Assembly: GCA_021513695.1 (NCBI GenBank)
Contig: CP084166.1
Location: 1,664,001 to 1,728,000 of the forward strand
Direction: 5' to 3'
Length of the DNA: 64,000 bases
DNA from: Candidatus Heimdallarchaeum aukensis
GTDB lineage: Archaea; Asgardarchaeota; Heimdallarchaeia; Heimdallarchaeales; Heimdallarchaeaceae
The position numbers and the translations under genes were made by a program. The notes under the pieces were generated by a model. It ran no database searches. It saw nothing but the letters and a program-made list of their open reading frames with translations, and was not told the DNA's origin. Shown here piece after piece: positions 37,094 through 47,200 of this stretch. How positions within the stretch are numbered: position 1 is the stretch's first letter; every line of letters starts with the position of its first letter.

Positions 37094-37999
37094 ATGTCTA
37101 AAGATCAAATAAAAAGTTTAGTTAATTCAGTAGCTGTATTAAAAGAAATGGTAGAAAATATTGTCAAAGTCGTACAAAAAAGATTTGAAGAGTTTGAGAA
37201 AGAAATTACAGCAATAAAAAATGAACTCCAAGAGATCCGAACAGGAACTAGTGTAGAAAGTTCTTATGATTATACAGCATTAGAAAAGAAGTTAAACAAA
37301 TTAGAAACTCGATTCGAAAAATTAAATGAAAAGTTCCTTCTATCAATCGCTGCAAAAACTGTTGAAAAAAGAGAAACAGAAGTAATTCCTAAAACTCCAG
37401 CAGTAGAACCTAAACCAGCACCACAAGTAACAACTCCAGTAGCAGAATCTAAACCAGCACCACAAGTAACAACTCCAGTAGCAGAATCTAAACCAGCACC
37501 ACAAGTAACAACTCCAGTAGCAGAATCTAAACCAGCACCACAAGTAACAACTCCAGCAGCAGAATCTAAACCAGCACCACAAGTAACAACTCCAGTAGTA
37601 GAACCAAAACCAACTCCTCAAGTAACAACTCCAGCACCACAAGTAACAACACCGCCACCAGAACCAAAACCAACTCCTCAAGTAACAACTCCAGCACCAC
37701 AAGTAACAACACCGCCACCAGAACCAAAACCAACTCCACAAGTAACAGCACCAGCTACAAAACCCGTCCCCTCTAGTGAGAGAGATGTTAGTCCAATAGC
37801 TAAAGAAGCGCCTAGTGCACCAATACCTGCTCCTCCAAAGCTTGAACAACCAACCTCACCTCAATCGTTTAGTCCATCACGCATTGACACTGTAGCAAGA
37901 TCATTAGAAAAAAAAGAAACACCAAGTACAGCAGAGGAACCAGCTTCAGGAGACAAAGCTGAATTGCTAAAAGCGTTAAAGAAATTAGAAGAGTTATAA
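37094..37999 (+). CDS. coiled-coil N-terminal domain + Pro/Thr-rich tandem-repeat protein
   Basis: N-terminal about 100 aa are heptad-like (LVNSVAVLKEMVENIVKVVQKRFEEFEKEITAIKNELQEI). Then about 7 copies of ESKPAPQVTTPVA and 2 copies of a 20-aa PT-rich unit. The track starts at TTG 37079; ATG is at 37094. Confidence 0.5.
   Translation: MSKDQIKSLVNSVAVLKEMVENIVKVVQKRFEEFEKEITAIKNELQEIRTGTSVESSYDYTALEKKLNKLETRFEKLNEKFLLSIAAKTVEKRETEVIPKTPAVEPKPAPQVTTPVAESKPAPQVTTPVAESKPAPQVTTPVAESKPAPQVTTPAAESKPAPQVTTPVVEPKPTPQVTTPAPQVTTPPPEPKPTPQVTTPAPQVTTPPPEPKPTPQVTAPATKPVPSSERDVSPIAKEAPSAPIPAPPKLEQPTSPQSFSPSRIDTVARSLEKKETPSTAEEPASGDKAELLKALKKLEEL
37402..37750. repeat. tandem 39-bp repeats (x5) followed by 60-bp repeats (x2+) within a coding region
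   Basis: AGCAGAATCTAAACCAGCACCACAAGTAACAACTCCAGT is repeated almost perfectly. A GAACCAAAACCAACTCCTCAAGTAACAACTCCAGCACCACAAGTAACAACACCGCCACCA unit is repeated after it. Confidence 0.85.
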
Positions 38000-38067
38000 T
38001 CTTTATTTTTTAAAGTAAAAATTATAATAAGAAAAAATTCTTTAATGCTTGAAAATCATTGTATTTA

Positions 38068-39105
38068 ATGATTTTTCCTTTTATAATTTATCTATTAGCA
38101 TTTGTTTTACCAGCATTAATTTCTCTAGCCATATTTCCAATTTTTATAAGAAAAATGTTATCTATAGGTAAATATGGGATTGATATTCACAAGAAAGAAC
38201 AACCGAAAGTCGCCGAAATGGGGGGTATAGTTACTTTATCTGCAATAATTATTAGTTCAGTAATTCTAATATTATTGATTCAAGATCAGTCAATAAAATT
38301 AGAGATTATGATATTTACCATAACTTTAACTATTGCAGGAATTATAGGTATAGTTGATGATATTCGTCCATTAGGAGCGATTACAAAACCCATACTTTTA
38401 TTATTTGCAGCATTACCAATAATAATTTCTGGATATTTTACTCCGCAACCAGTATTACCGTTTGTTGGAAAAACTAGGCTAACAATTGTTTATTATCTAT
38501 TACTCCCATTTGTAATCTCTGTTACATCTAATGCGGTTAACATGATTGATGTTTATAATGGTTCTATGGCTTCAACTACAATAATTATTTTAATATGCAT
38601 TTTTATCTCAAATGGAATAATAAATGGTTTCCAATTTACTACTCTTAGCACAACCAACATTTACATTTTAATTATGATAGCTGCAGCTTTTTCTTTTTGG
38701 ATTTTCAATCGGTATCCTGCAAAAGTTTTTGCGGGAGATACTGGCAGTTTAATTTTTGGAGCATCACTTGGTGCAATAGCTGTACTAGGTAAGTTAGAAA
38801 TAGTCGTTATTATTGCAATGATTCCTTTAATAATGAACTCTTTTGGAATAATAAGTAGTGTAAAAGGATTGAAAGAAAGAAGAGAAATTAAAGTACGTCC
38901 AACTTCGATGACTGAAGATTGGAAGCTTCAAGCAACAAGAGATTCCCAAGCCCCAATCACATTAGCAGGACTAGTATTACAAAAAGGGCCGCTACGTGAA
39001 GATGATGTAGTTAAAGCTTTTAATATCTTAGTCATCATCAGTGGATTTTTGTCCATAATTACAGCGATATTAATCTGGGTAACAGAAACTTTTTTGGTGA
39101 ATTAA
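38068..39105 (+). CDS. UDP-GlcNAc:dolichyl-phosphate GlcNAc-1-phosphate transferase-like (GT4 / MraY-WecA-AglH family)
   Basis: Polytopic membrane protein with NAVNMIDVYNG(S) and FAGDTGSLIFG motifs, the conserved Asp-containing loops of the MraY/WecA/AglH family. Confidence 0.7.
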   Translation: MIFPFIIYLLAFVLPALISLAIFPIFIRKMLSIGKYGIDIHKKEQPKVAEMGGIVTLSAIIISSVILILLIQDQSIKLEIMIFTITLTIAGIIGIVDDIRPLGAITKPILLLFAALPIIISGYFTPQPVLPFVGKTRLTIVYYLLLPFVISVTSNAVNMIDVYNGSMASTTIIILICIFISNGIINGFQFTTLSTTNIYILIMIAAAFSFWIFNRYPAKVFAGDTGSLIFGASLGAIAVLGKLEIVVIIAMIPLIMNSFGIISSVKGLKERREIKVRPTSMTEDWKLQATRDSQAPITLAGLVLQKGPLREDDVVKAFNILVIISGFLSIITAILIWVTETFLVN

Positions 39106-39378
39106 ATGAAGTATTATAAAATAGTTCCAAGATTGAAGAATATAATAGGATTAGAATTTTTTGTCTTTATAAGTTTTTTAGCTATCTGTGAATTAATCAA
39201 TATATTGATAGTGAATCTTGTTCCAAATACTAGTAATACATTCTGGGCTTTTGTATACGGAATTTTAGAAATAGGAGGAAGTGCAGTCCTAGTAGGAATT
39301 TGGTTGATAATTTGGTACGTTTTGACAAAAAAACTAATGAAAAATGATAACGAAACCGAATCTATAGAAGAGGAATAA
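39106..39378 (+). CDS. small membrane protein (2-3 TM), translationally coupled to the GT4 gene
   Basis: Starts 1 nt after the GT4 stop. Hydrophobic. Confidence 0.35.
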   Translation: MKYYKIVPRLKNIIGLEFFVFISFLAICELINILIVNLVPNTSNTFWAFVYGILEIGGSAVLVGIWLIIWYVLTKKLMKNDNETESIEEE

Positions 39379-39407
39379 AAACAGAAAGAAAAATAAATAC
39401 ATAAAAG

Positions 39408-40073
39408 TTATGAAGAAACTTTTTGTGATTCTAAAAGATATAATCTTTTCTTTAATGAATGATACTTTTTAGCAAATTCTAGGCTAGAGACTTCATAATC
39501 CTCAAACTGTTGTTCAAGTGCAAATAATTCATTCTCAACTTTTAATATTTCATCCTCAAGTAGTTTTGATTTCTCTTGAGCAATAACATTTTCAGAAACA
39601 CTGCTTCTCTCTTTTCGCTCGATCTCTGCTAATTCCCTCTTTTTCTGTTCTAATATTCGAACTAATTGAGATTTTTGATTATTTAACATCGCAATTTCTG
39701 ATGTTGGATCTTCCCATGTAGTTTCAGCATATGAAACCATTTTTGCTCTTACTCTTTGAAACAGACGCTTTACTTCTGCAATTACTTGAAAAATATGATA
39801 AGTTGGCCTCCACCGAGCTAACATTCTCATAGAAAGGATTCCATCTTCGACATTTGGATGTTCCATGGGAGTATTGACATAGATAGTTGGAGGAACATTT
39901 GGAAAATCATTAGGAATAACAATTTCTATTTCAGCATTTTTGGTGCCATTATAGGTTTGAACTGGAACAAAACCTTTCCATATTCTTAAATTGCCATCTT
40001 TAGGTTCAAAACCATAAGCTCTTTCATAAATAAATTGGGCCTCTCGACTTAGAATTTCATCGGAAATGGTCAT
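39408..40073 (-). CDS. UEV (inactive ubiquitin-E2 variant) domain + coiled-coil protein, TSG101/Vps23 (ESCRT-I)-like
   Basis: N-terminal about 120 aa, IEIVIPNDFPNVPPTIYVNTPMEHPNVEDGILSMRMLARWRP, has the E2/UEV beta-hairpin-PP-HPN-x3-G layout. Ser/Met stand where the catalytic Cys would be, so it is non-catalytic. The C-terminal 100 aa are continuous heptad coiled coil. Confidence 0.55.
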   Translation of the reverse strand: MTISDEILSREAQFIYERAYGFEPKDGNLRIWKGFVPVQTYNGTKNAEIEIVIPNDFPNVPPTIYVNTPMEHPNVEDGILSMRMLARWRPTYHIFQVIAEVKRLFQRVRAKMVSYAETTWEDPTSEIAMLNNQKSQLVRILEQKKRELAEIERKERSSVSENVIAQEKSKLLEDEILKVENELFALEQQFEDYEVSSLEFAKKYHSLKKRLYLLESQKVSS

Positions 40074-40278
40074 ATTTAATCAACGCTCCTTGAATCTAAA
40101 TAGCGAATCCACTATAAATAGCTTCCTTTTTAACTTTAAAGAATTCTATTTTATTTACAATATCAAATATTTCATTTCTAAAACTTTGTTTTTGATAATA
40201 GCTAAATATTTTCTCAAAATTAGGTATCTCTAACTTTAAAAATAAAATAGTTTGAGTTAGATTCAAACAGTGGAAAAA

Positions 40279-42114
40279 ATGAGAATCGCTATCATCGATA
40301 TAGAAAAATGTAAACCTTCAAAGTGTGGCAAAGTGTGTTACAAATACTGCCCTCCAGTTAGAATGGGACAGGAAACTATTACATTTGATGGACCAGAAAA
40401 TAAAGCAATAATACATGAAGAACTGTGTACTGGTTGTGGTATTTGCATTAAAAAATGTCCTTTCCATTGTATAAAGATCATAAATTTGCCTGAAGAGCTG
40501 GATGATCAAGTCACACACAGATATAGCATTAATGGCTTCAAATTACATCGACTACCAATGCCTGCATTTGGAAGTGTGATTGGATTAGTGGGTCAAAATG
40601 GTTCAGGAAAAACTACAACCCTTAATATTCTATCAGGAGAGTTAAAACCAAATCTTGGTAATTACGAGAATCCTCCTGAATGGGACGAAGTAATAGAACA
40701 TTACAGAGGAACAATAATACAAGATTACTTTTCAAAGCTAGTAAATAAAGAATTAAGAGTAGTAAAAAAACCACAAAGCGTTGACAGACTACCAAGAGTA
40801 GTTAAAGGAAAAGTCTTCGAATTGTTGAAAAAAGTCGACGAAAGGGGAATTATAGACGAAATAAAAACAGAGTTTTCTTTAGAAAATGTATGGAACAGAG
40901 AGATTTCTAAACTTAGTGGAGGAGAACTTCAACGACTTGCGATTGCTGCCACAGTGGCAAGAGATGCTGATGTATACATGTTTGATGAACCAACAAGTTA
41001 CTTAGATATAAATGAAAGAGTTCGTATTTCTAAATATATTAATGATATGCAAGCAGCAAATAGAACAATTATTGTAGTTGAACATGACTTAGCAATGCTG
41101 GATTATGTAAGTGAAAATATTCATATTTATTATGGACAAGCGGGAGCTTATGGAATTGTAAGTCAACCAATGAGTGTCCGTGAGGGAATAAATGTTTTCT
41201 TAGATGGCTATATACCCTCAGAAAACATGCGATTCAGAGATACAAGTATAGTTTTTAGAAAAGCTTCACTTGCTTCAACAAGCTTATCACATAGAATTGC
41301 AATTAGATATGGAGATATAACAAAAGAATTCGATACATTTAAACTACAAGTAAAAGGAGGAGAAATACATAAGGGAGAAGTTGTAGGAATAATAGGTCCG
41401 AATGGTATTGGTAAAACAACTTTTGTCAAGATACTAGCAGGAGTTCTAGAACCCACTACAATGTCTCAACCTGTTGAATTATTAAGTGAAATCCTTGAAA
41501 TAGATAAGAAACAAGCAGATGATGAAGAGAGAAAAGTTATTGTTAGTCATAAACCCCAATACCTCTACACTGAATCAGAAGAAACAGTCGAAAGCTATCT
41601 AGGAAAAATAAGCCCTGAAATTTTTACGGGGGCATGGTTCAGAACAGAAATAGTTAGACCACTAGATATAGAGAAATTAAAAGATCAACCATTAAGTGAA
41701 TTGTCAGGGGGAGAACTTCAAAGAGTCTCTATTGCAGCGTGTCTATCTAGAAAAGCACATTTATATCTGTTAGATGAACCATCAGCATATATTTCTGCAG
41801 AAGATAGAGTAAGCACTGCAAGAGTGATAAAAAGAGTAATCAGTCATTATGAAGCAACAGCACTAGTAGTAGAACACGATGTTATGATGCTTAATTTTCT
41901 AAGTGATAATCTCATTGTCTTTGACGGAACTCCAGGAAGAGAAGGAAAAAGCACTTCTATTATGTCTCTACAACAAGGAATGAATAAGTTTCTCAAAAAA
42001 ATGGAAATAACTTTCAGACAAGACCCAAAAACCCTTCGACCACGCGTTAATAAGAAAGATTCTCAATTGGATAAAAAACAAAAAGCTGAAGGAAAATATT
42101 TTGTTGCTCTTTAA
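40279..42114 (+). CDS. abcE1: ABCE1 (RNase L inhibitor / Rli1 ribosome recycling factor)
   Basis: N-terminal Fe-S domain (CKPSKCGKVCYKYCP; CTGCGICIKKCP) and two ABC cassettes (GQNGSGKTT / LSGGELQR and GPNGIGKTT / LSGGELQR). Confidence 0.9.
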   Translation: MRIAIIDIEKCKPSKCGKVCYKYCPPVRMGQETITFDGPENKAIIHEELCTGCGICIKKCPFHCIKIINLPEELDDQVTHRYSINGFKLHRLPMPAFGSVIGLVGQNGSGKTTTLNILSGELKPNLGNYENPPEWDEVIEHYRGTIIQDYFSKLVNKELRVVKKPQSVDRLPRVVKGKVFELLKKVDERGIIDEIKTEFSLENVWNREISKLSGGELQRLAIAATVARDADVYMFDEPTSYLDINERVRISKYINDMQAANRTIIVVEHDLAMLDYVSENIHIYYGQAGAYGIVSQPMSVREGINVFLDGYIPSENMRFRDTSIVFRKASLASTSLSHRIAIRYGDITKEFDTFKLQVKGGEIHKGEVVGIIGPNGIGKTTFVKILAGVLEPTTMSQPVELLSEILEIDKKQADDEERKVIVSHKPQYLYTESEETVESYLGKISPEIFTGAWFRTEIVRPLDIEKLKDQPLSELSGGELQRVSIAACLSRKAHLYLLDEPSAYISAEDRVSTARVIKRVISHYEATALVVEHDVMMLNFLSDNLIVFDGTPGREGKSTSIMSLQQGMNKFLKKMEITFRQDPKTLRPRVNKKDSQLDKKQKAEGKYFVAL

Positions 42115-42118
42115 ACCT

Positions 42119-42580
42119 TCACTTTTTATCTTTTAAATGATTAAACCATTCTGGAAGTTTAATTTCATCTATTGGTACACTATCTCCAGGTAAATATGGT
42201 TTGATATCCAACACTGGAGTTCCATCTATGGCATCAATTCTATCGATAAATATCTTATTTTCCTCTATTTTCAGAACTTTAACCTTAGTCAATCCAATAG
42301 GGTTAGGTCTAGCAGGACTACGACAAGCGAAAACTCCTGTTTCCACTTCCATATCGAGATTTGGAGGATGAGCTAACACTTGTGAACGATCTTTTGGTGT
42401 ATCCCTCATTGAAATCCACCATAATACAAAAATATAATTGAAAAATTGGAGATGCCTTAATCCTGGAGAATAATGTTTAGACAATTCAATAAAACAAGAA
42501 TCTTCTTCAACTCTAACTTTCCCAATTTGCTGTACTTTGAAATATGACATAATGTCACTTTTTTTCTCATTTCTTATCAA
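42119..42580 (-). CDS. TsaA/TrmO-like (YaeB/UPF0066 family) tRNA methyltransferase
   Basis: RSPARPNPIGLT and GTPVLDIKPY blocks match the TrmO/TsaA family signature. The true start is possibly the internal Met at about 42550. Confidence 0.6.
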   Translation of the reverse strand: MIRNEKKSDIMSYFKVQQIGKVRVEEDSCFIELSKHYSPGLRHLQFFNYIFVLWWISMRDTPKDRSQVLAHPPNLDMEVETGVFACRSPARPNPIGLTKVKVLKIEENKIFIDRIDAIDGTPVLDIKPYLPGDSVPIDEIKLPEWFNHLKDKK

Positions 42581-42697
42581 ACTTTCTCTTTAAATTAAGA
42601 TTATGACTATTTATCTGAAATGAGTATTACAAAAGTATATAGTAAAAAAAGACTATTCTAGTCTATTATTTTGAAAAAAGAATAGGAGACGGATTAT

Positions 42698-42928
42698 TTG
42701 AAAATAACAAGTAACCAATATTTAAATGATAGATATGATATTAATCACAGCCAATCATTCAATGAAAAGCAAACTAAAGAAACACTTATTGTTTTTCAAT
42801 GTGCAGAATGTGGAACAAACTATTTTTTTCCACCGACAAGATGTAAGCAAGCAAATTGCAAAAATATTCACTTTAAGCCTATTATAGTCTCAGGAATAGA
42901 AAAAGAAAAAATCTATAGCGGGTTTTAA
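42698..42928 (+). CDS. small zinc-ribbon protein
   Basis: CAECGTNYFFPPTRCKQANCKNIHF carries a CxxC...CxxxxC arrangement. 76 aa, no further similarity recognised. Confidence 0.3.
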   Translation: MKITSNQYLNDRYDINHSQSFNEKQTKETLIVFQCAECGTNYFFPPTRCKQANCKNIHFKPIIVSGIEKEKIYSGF

Positions 42929-43068
42929 ATATACTTTTTAATTATAAAATTGAATAATTTTTTTGTTTCAGAGGTGTTGTAAAAATAAACATAAATAATA
43001 AGCTTTAAAATTTAACTTCAAAATTTGCATTAACAACGAGATGTCGAAAGGAATCGTTGGTGAGTATA

Positions 43069-43698
43069 ATGGCAAAAAGTATGTACAGATATATCGGTGA
43101 TTTTTGGAAGAAAAGAAACAGTCCAGAATTCAAGGAATTAATGCGAACAAGGATTATCGCATGGAGAAGAGAAGGAACACTTCAAAGAGTAGAAAGACCA
43201 ACAAGAATAGATAGAGCAAGAGCTCTAGGCTATAAAGCAAAACAAGGATATATTGTTGTTCGTTCAAGAGTAAGAAGAGGAGGAAGAAGAAAGAAGCGAC
43301 CTGTTCGAGGAAGAAAGTCAAGAAACTTAGGTGTAAACAAAATCACTCCAAAAAAGAGCATAAAATTAATTGCTGAAGAACGTGCTGCAAGAAAATATCC
43401 AAACTTAGAAGTTCTGAATAGCTATTGGGTTGGACAAGATGGAAGACACAAATGGTTTGAAATAATCATGGTTGATCCTCAACACCCAGCAATAGCAAAA
43501 GATCATCGAACTTCCTGGCTATCAGACTTTGAATACAGAGGAGACAAAAAATATTACTTAAAACGTGGTAACCAGAGAGGAAGAGTATTCAGAGGAAAAA
43601 CTAGCGCAGGAAAGAAGATGAGAGGACAAAGGAAAAAAGGTAAAGGAACAGAAAAGAACAGACCTTCTTTAAGAAGACATCGCCGAAGAGGAAATTAA
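43069..43698 (+). CDS. rpl15e: 50S ribosomal protein L15e
   Basis: [15 protein letters not shown]...[45 protein letters not shown] matches the L15e signature. Confidence 0.85.
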   Translation: MAKSMYRYIGDFWKKRNSPEFKELMRTRIIAWRREGTLQRVERPTRIDRARALGYKAKQGYIVVRSRVRRGGRRKKRPVRGRKSRNLGVNKITPKKSIKLIAEERAARKYPNLEVLNSYWVGQDGRHKWFEIIMVDPQHPAIAKDHRTSWLSDFEYRGDKKYYLKRGNQRGRVFRGKTSAGKKMRGQRKKGKGTEKNRPSLRRHRRRGN

Positions 43699-43755
43699 AG
43701 ACCTTTTTTCTACTTTATCATTTTTTCTTTTAAACCAGTTAATTGAGGGAAACAA

Positions 43756-44214
43756 TTGACCATTGAAATAAATAGAATTGAACTCATTATGTCAGTTCAC
43801 GCAACTGAAAGCATGAAAAAAAATGACCAAGCCTTGACAAATATTATTTCTGAAGAGTTATTAAAAAAGAATAAAATAATTACTGAAGAATTTGAGGGAG
43901 GATATGGAAATCCAATAATCATAAAGAAAGTTGAACTAGCAAGAAAAAAAGACATAGAGGAATTTATTACTTTTTTCTCAGAAAGGTTGACTGAAGAAAG
44001 CAAGAAAAAACTTTTTTCAGAATTTGAAGAAAGATTTGATGAAAACAAAAATAGATTCTATATAAGAATAGAAAAAGAAGAAGCGTATAAAGGAATTTTA
44101 AAAACAGAAAATAGCCCAAGAAATGTAAAAATTGAGTTAAGACTAAAAACTTTTGATATCAATCCCGATTATAAAAAATTCCTAACAAACAAAGGAATAT
44201 TAAAAGAGAATTAA
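43756..44214 (+). CDS. hypothetical acidic protein
   Basis: ORF of 152 aa between rpl15e and ileS. No motifs recognised. Start uncertain. Confidence 0.3.
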   Translation: MTIEINRIELIMSVHATESMKKNDQALTNIISEELLKKNKIITEEFEGGYGNPIIIKKVELARKKDIEEFITFFSERLTEESKKKLFSEFEERFDENKNRFYIRIEKEEAYKGILKTENSPRNVKIELRLKTFDINPDYKKFLTNKGILKEN

Positions 44215-44248
44215 AAAAGGAAATAATAGATAAAAACTTTAGAAAAAG

Positions 44249-47200
44249 TTAGACTTTGTCTATTCCTATCGTAATTTTGTGATTATCAAATTCCCAATCT
44301 TTGACAAATTCAGATTTGGCGGTACCAAAAGTAAGCTCGGTTGCTAGTGTTTCTTCCATTATATAATCCTTGAACTGAGTGATAGATTCTTTGCCAAAAC
44401 CATCAGTGGTTATAGTTAGTTTTATTTTTTGTGTATATTCTAGATTCATATCTTTACGCATGGTTTGAATACGGCGTACAACATCACGAACATAACCTTC
44501 ACGTCGTAATTCATCTGTAAGTTCGGTATTTAGAAGTATCTGGTAACTACCAACTTCTTGACCTTCAAATCCCTCACTAACCTTTATCTGATAGATTATA
44601 TCATCAGGAGTGAGAACATAGTCGACACCGTCAACAGTTATTGTAACATTTTCTCCAGAACTAAATTTCTCCACATAACCGCGAGCAACAGAAGAATCGA
44701 GAGCTTCAAGATACTGCTTTATTTTAGAGATAGCACCTTTAACCTTCTTGGCAAGAACTTTGAAATTAGGTTTGAGAGTATAGCTTATCAGTTCCTCAGA
44801 ACCTGTTTTTACAGTTAATTGTTTAACATTTAACTCTTCAAGTATTACTTTTTCATATTTTGTCAAGATAGGATCTTTCTCGTGGGGAGTTACTACTATA
44901 AGTTCAGATAAAGGTTGGCGCATCTTTATATTTGCACTAGAACGAAGGCTTCGTCCTGCAGTTACAATCTTCAACACTATATCCATTTCTGATGAAAGCT
45001 GCTCATTAACATATTCCTTTTTGAAGGCAGGAAAGTCACATAAATGAACGCTTTCTGGGGCAGAACTGTCAACATTAAGAACTAGATTCTGGTACATTCG
45101 TTCAGTTAAGAAGGGGATAAATGGAGCTAGAAGCTTAATTAAGGTAACTAAAACTTCGTAAGTAGTAGAATAAGCAGACTTTTTGTCTTTATCGAGTTCC
45201 TCTTTCCAGAAACGACGGCGAGATTGACGAAGATACCAGTTTGAAAAATTGTCTACAAAAGACTCGAAAGCTTTTACCGCTAAATGAACAGAAAGATCAT
45301 CCATAGCCTTAGTAACTTTATCAACCAAATATTCTAATTCACTAAGTAACCAACGATCTAACTCCGGACGTTCAGAGAAGGAAACATTGAATTTAGAGGG
45401 AGAAAAGTTATCGACATTGGCATTGGAAACAAAGAATGAGTAACTATTCCACAAAGTAAGGATAAATTTACGCAAAGACTCTTGAACTAAACGATCAGAA
45501 AAGCGTGCATCACTCCAAGTAGGAGATGAGTAAAGATACCAACGTATAGCATCAGCTCCATGTACATTTATTATCTCCTCAGGAGCGATATAGTTACCCA
45601 AACGCTTACTAAGCTTACGACCAGTTTCATCTAAGATAAGACCCATAGTCAAGACAGACTTATAGGCAGAGGTGTCAAAAAGAAGGGTACTGATAGCCAA
45701 AAGACTGTAAAACCACCCTCTTGTCTGGTCAATAGCCTCGGTTATGAAATCAAACGGAAAATATTTCTTAAACATATCATTGGATTTTTCGAATGGGTAG
45801 TGGAATTGAGCAAAAGGTGCAGCTCCACTATCGTACCAGCAATCTATTACATAAGGTACTCTTTCTGCTTCTTCTTCACATTCTGGGCATTTGAATTTTA
45901 TTTCATCCACCCATGGTCTATGTAAGTTAAAATCTTTTGCAAATTCTTTTCCATATAGTTCTCTTAATTCTGCTTTGCTTCCTACAAATGTTCTATGCCC
46001 ATTTTTACATATCCATATTGGTAATGGTGTTCCCCAATATCTGTTTCTTGATAGCGCCCAATCTCTCACGTTCTCTATGAAATTCCCAAATCGTCCATGT
46101 TTCAAATATTCTGGTTTCCAGAATATCTTTTCGTTGTTTTCTATTAATTTTTCTTTCATTTTTGTCATTTCTATGTACCAAGTTGGTGTCGAGTAGTATA
46201 GTAGTGGCGAATCACATCTTGGGCAGAATGGATACGTATGTTTATATTTCTCTTTTTTCCATAACAGTCCTCTCTCTCTCAATTGTTCTATTATTTTTGG
46301 GTCAGCTTTTTTCACGTGTAATCCTTTAAAATCAGTTATTCTTTCATCAAATGTTCCATCTTCCAGCACTGGATTGAGAACTGGTAATTTGTATTTTCTT
46401 CCTGTTTCTGCGTCATCTTCTCCAAATGCTGGTGCAGAATGTACTATTCCTGTTCCTTCTGTTGTTGTTACATAATCAGCTAGTGTTACATAAAATGCTT
46501 TTTTCTTTGGTTTTATATATGGAAATAGTTGCTCATACTTTTTCTTTTCTAGTTCTTTTCCTTTGAATTTCTTTAATACTTTATATTCTTCTTTTAGAAG
46601 TACTTTTGCTCTTTCTTCTGCTAGTATCAATTTTTCTCCATTATACTCTATCCACACATAATCTATTTCTGGATGAGCTGTTAGACATACATTGCTTATT
46701 AAAGTCCATGGAGTTGTTGTCCAAGCTAGGAAATATGTGTCTTCAAAATCTTTGGCTTTAAACTTTACAAATATTGCAGGATCAGTTGTTTCTTTCATCC
46801 CTTGTCCTGCTTCGTGAGTAGATAATGGTGTTCCGCATCTTGTACAGTAAGGAACTACTTTATGTCCTAGATATATCAACCCTTTTTTCCATATTTCTTT
46901 TAATGACCACCATACGCTTTCTATGTAATTTTCATCTAGAGTTATATAGGGGTGGTCCATATCTAGCCAAAAGCCTATTCTGTTTGTCATATCTCGCCAA
47001 GCTTTTTCGTATTTGAACACACTCTCTTTGCATTCTTGGTTAAATTCTTTTATTCCATACTTTTCTATCTCGTTCTTATCTTTTATACCAAGGGCTTTTT
47101 CTACTTCTCTTTCAACTGGTAAACCGTGTGTATCCCAACCAGCTATTCTAGGTTGAACATCATAACCTTTCATTGTCTTATATCGTAAGAACACATCTTT

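Noticed and set aside
31402-37750. Possible CRISPR array suggested by the perfect short direct repeats at about 31.4 kb and about 37.4-37.7 kb
   Set aside because: The repeats are contiguous with no unique spacers. They lie in frame within long ORFs and encode amino-acid repeats. No cas genes are nearby. They are not CRISPR.
37343-37849. Minus-strand ORFs rich in W/C/R/F repeats (WCWFRFC...) and a poly-Leu ORF
   Set aside because: They are reading-frame artefacts of the tandem 39/60-bp repeats. The plus-strand PT-rich frame is the coherent one and continues into a non-repetitive N- and C-terminus.
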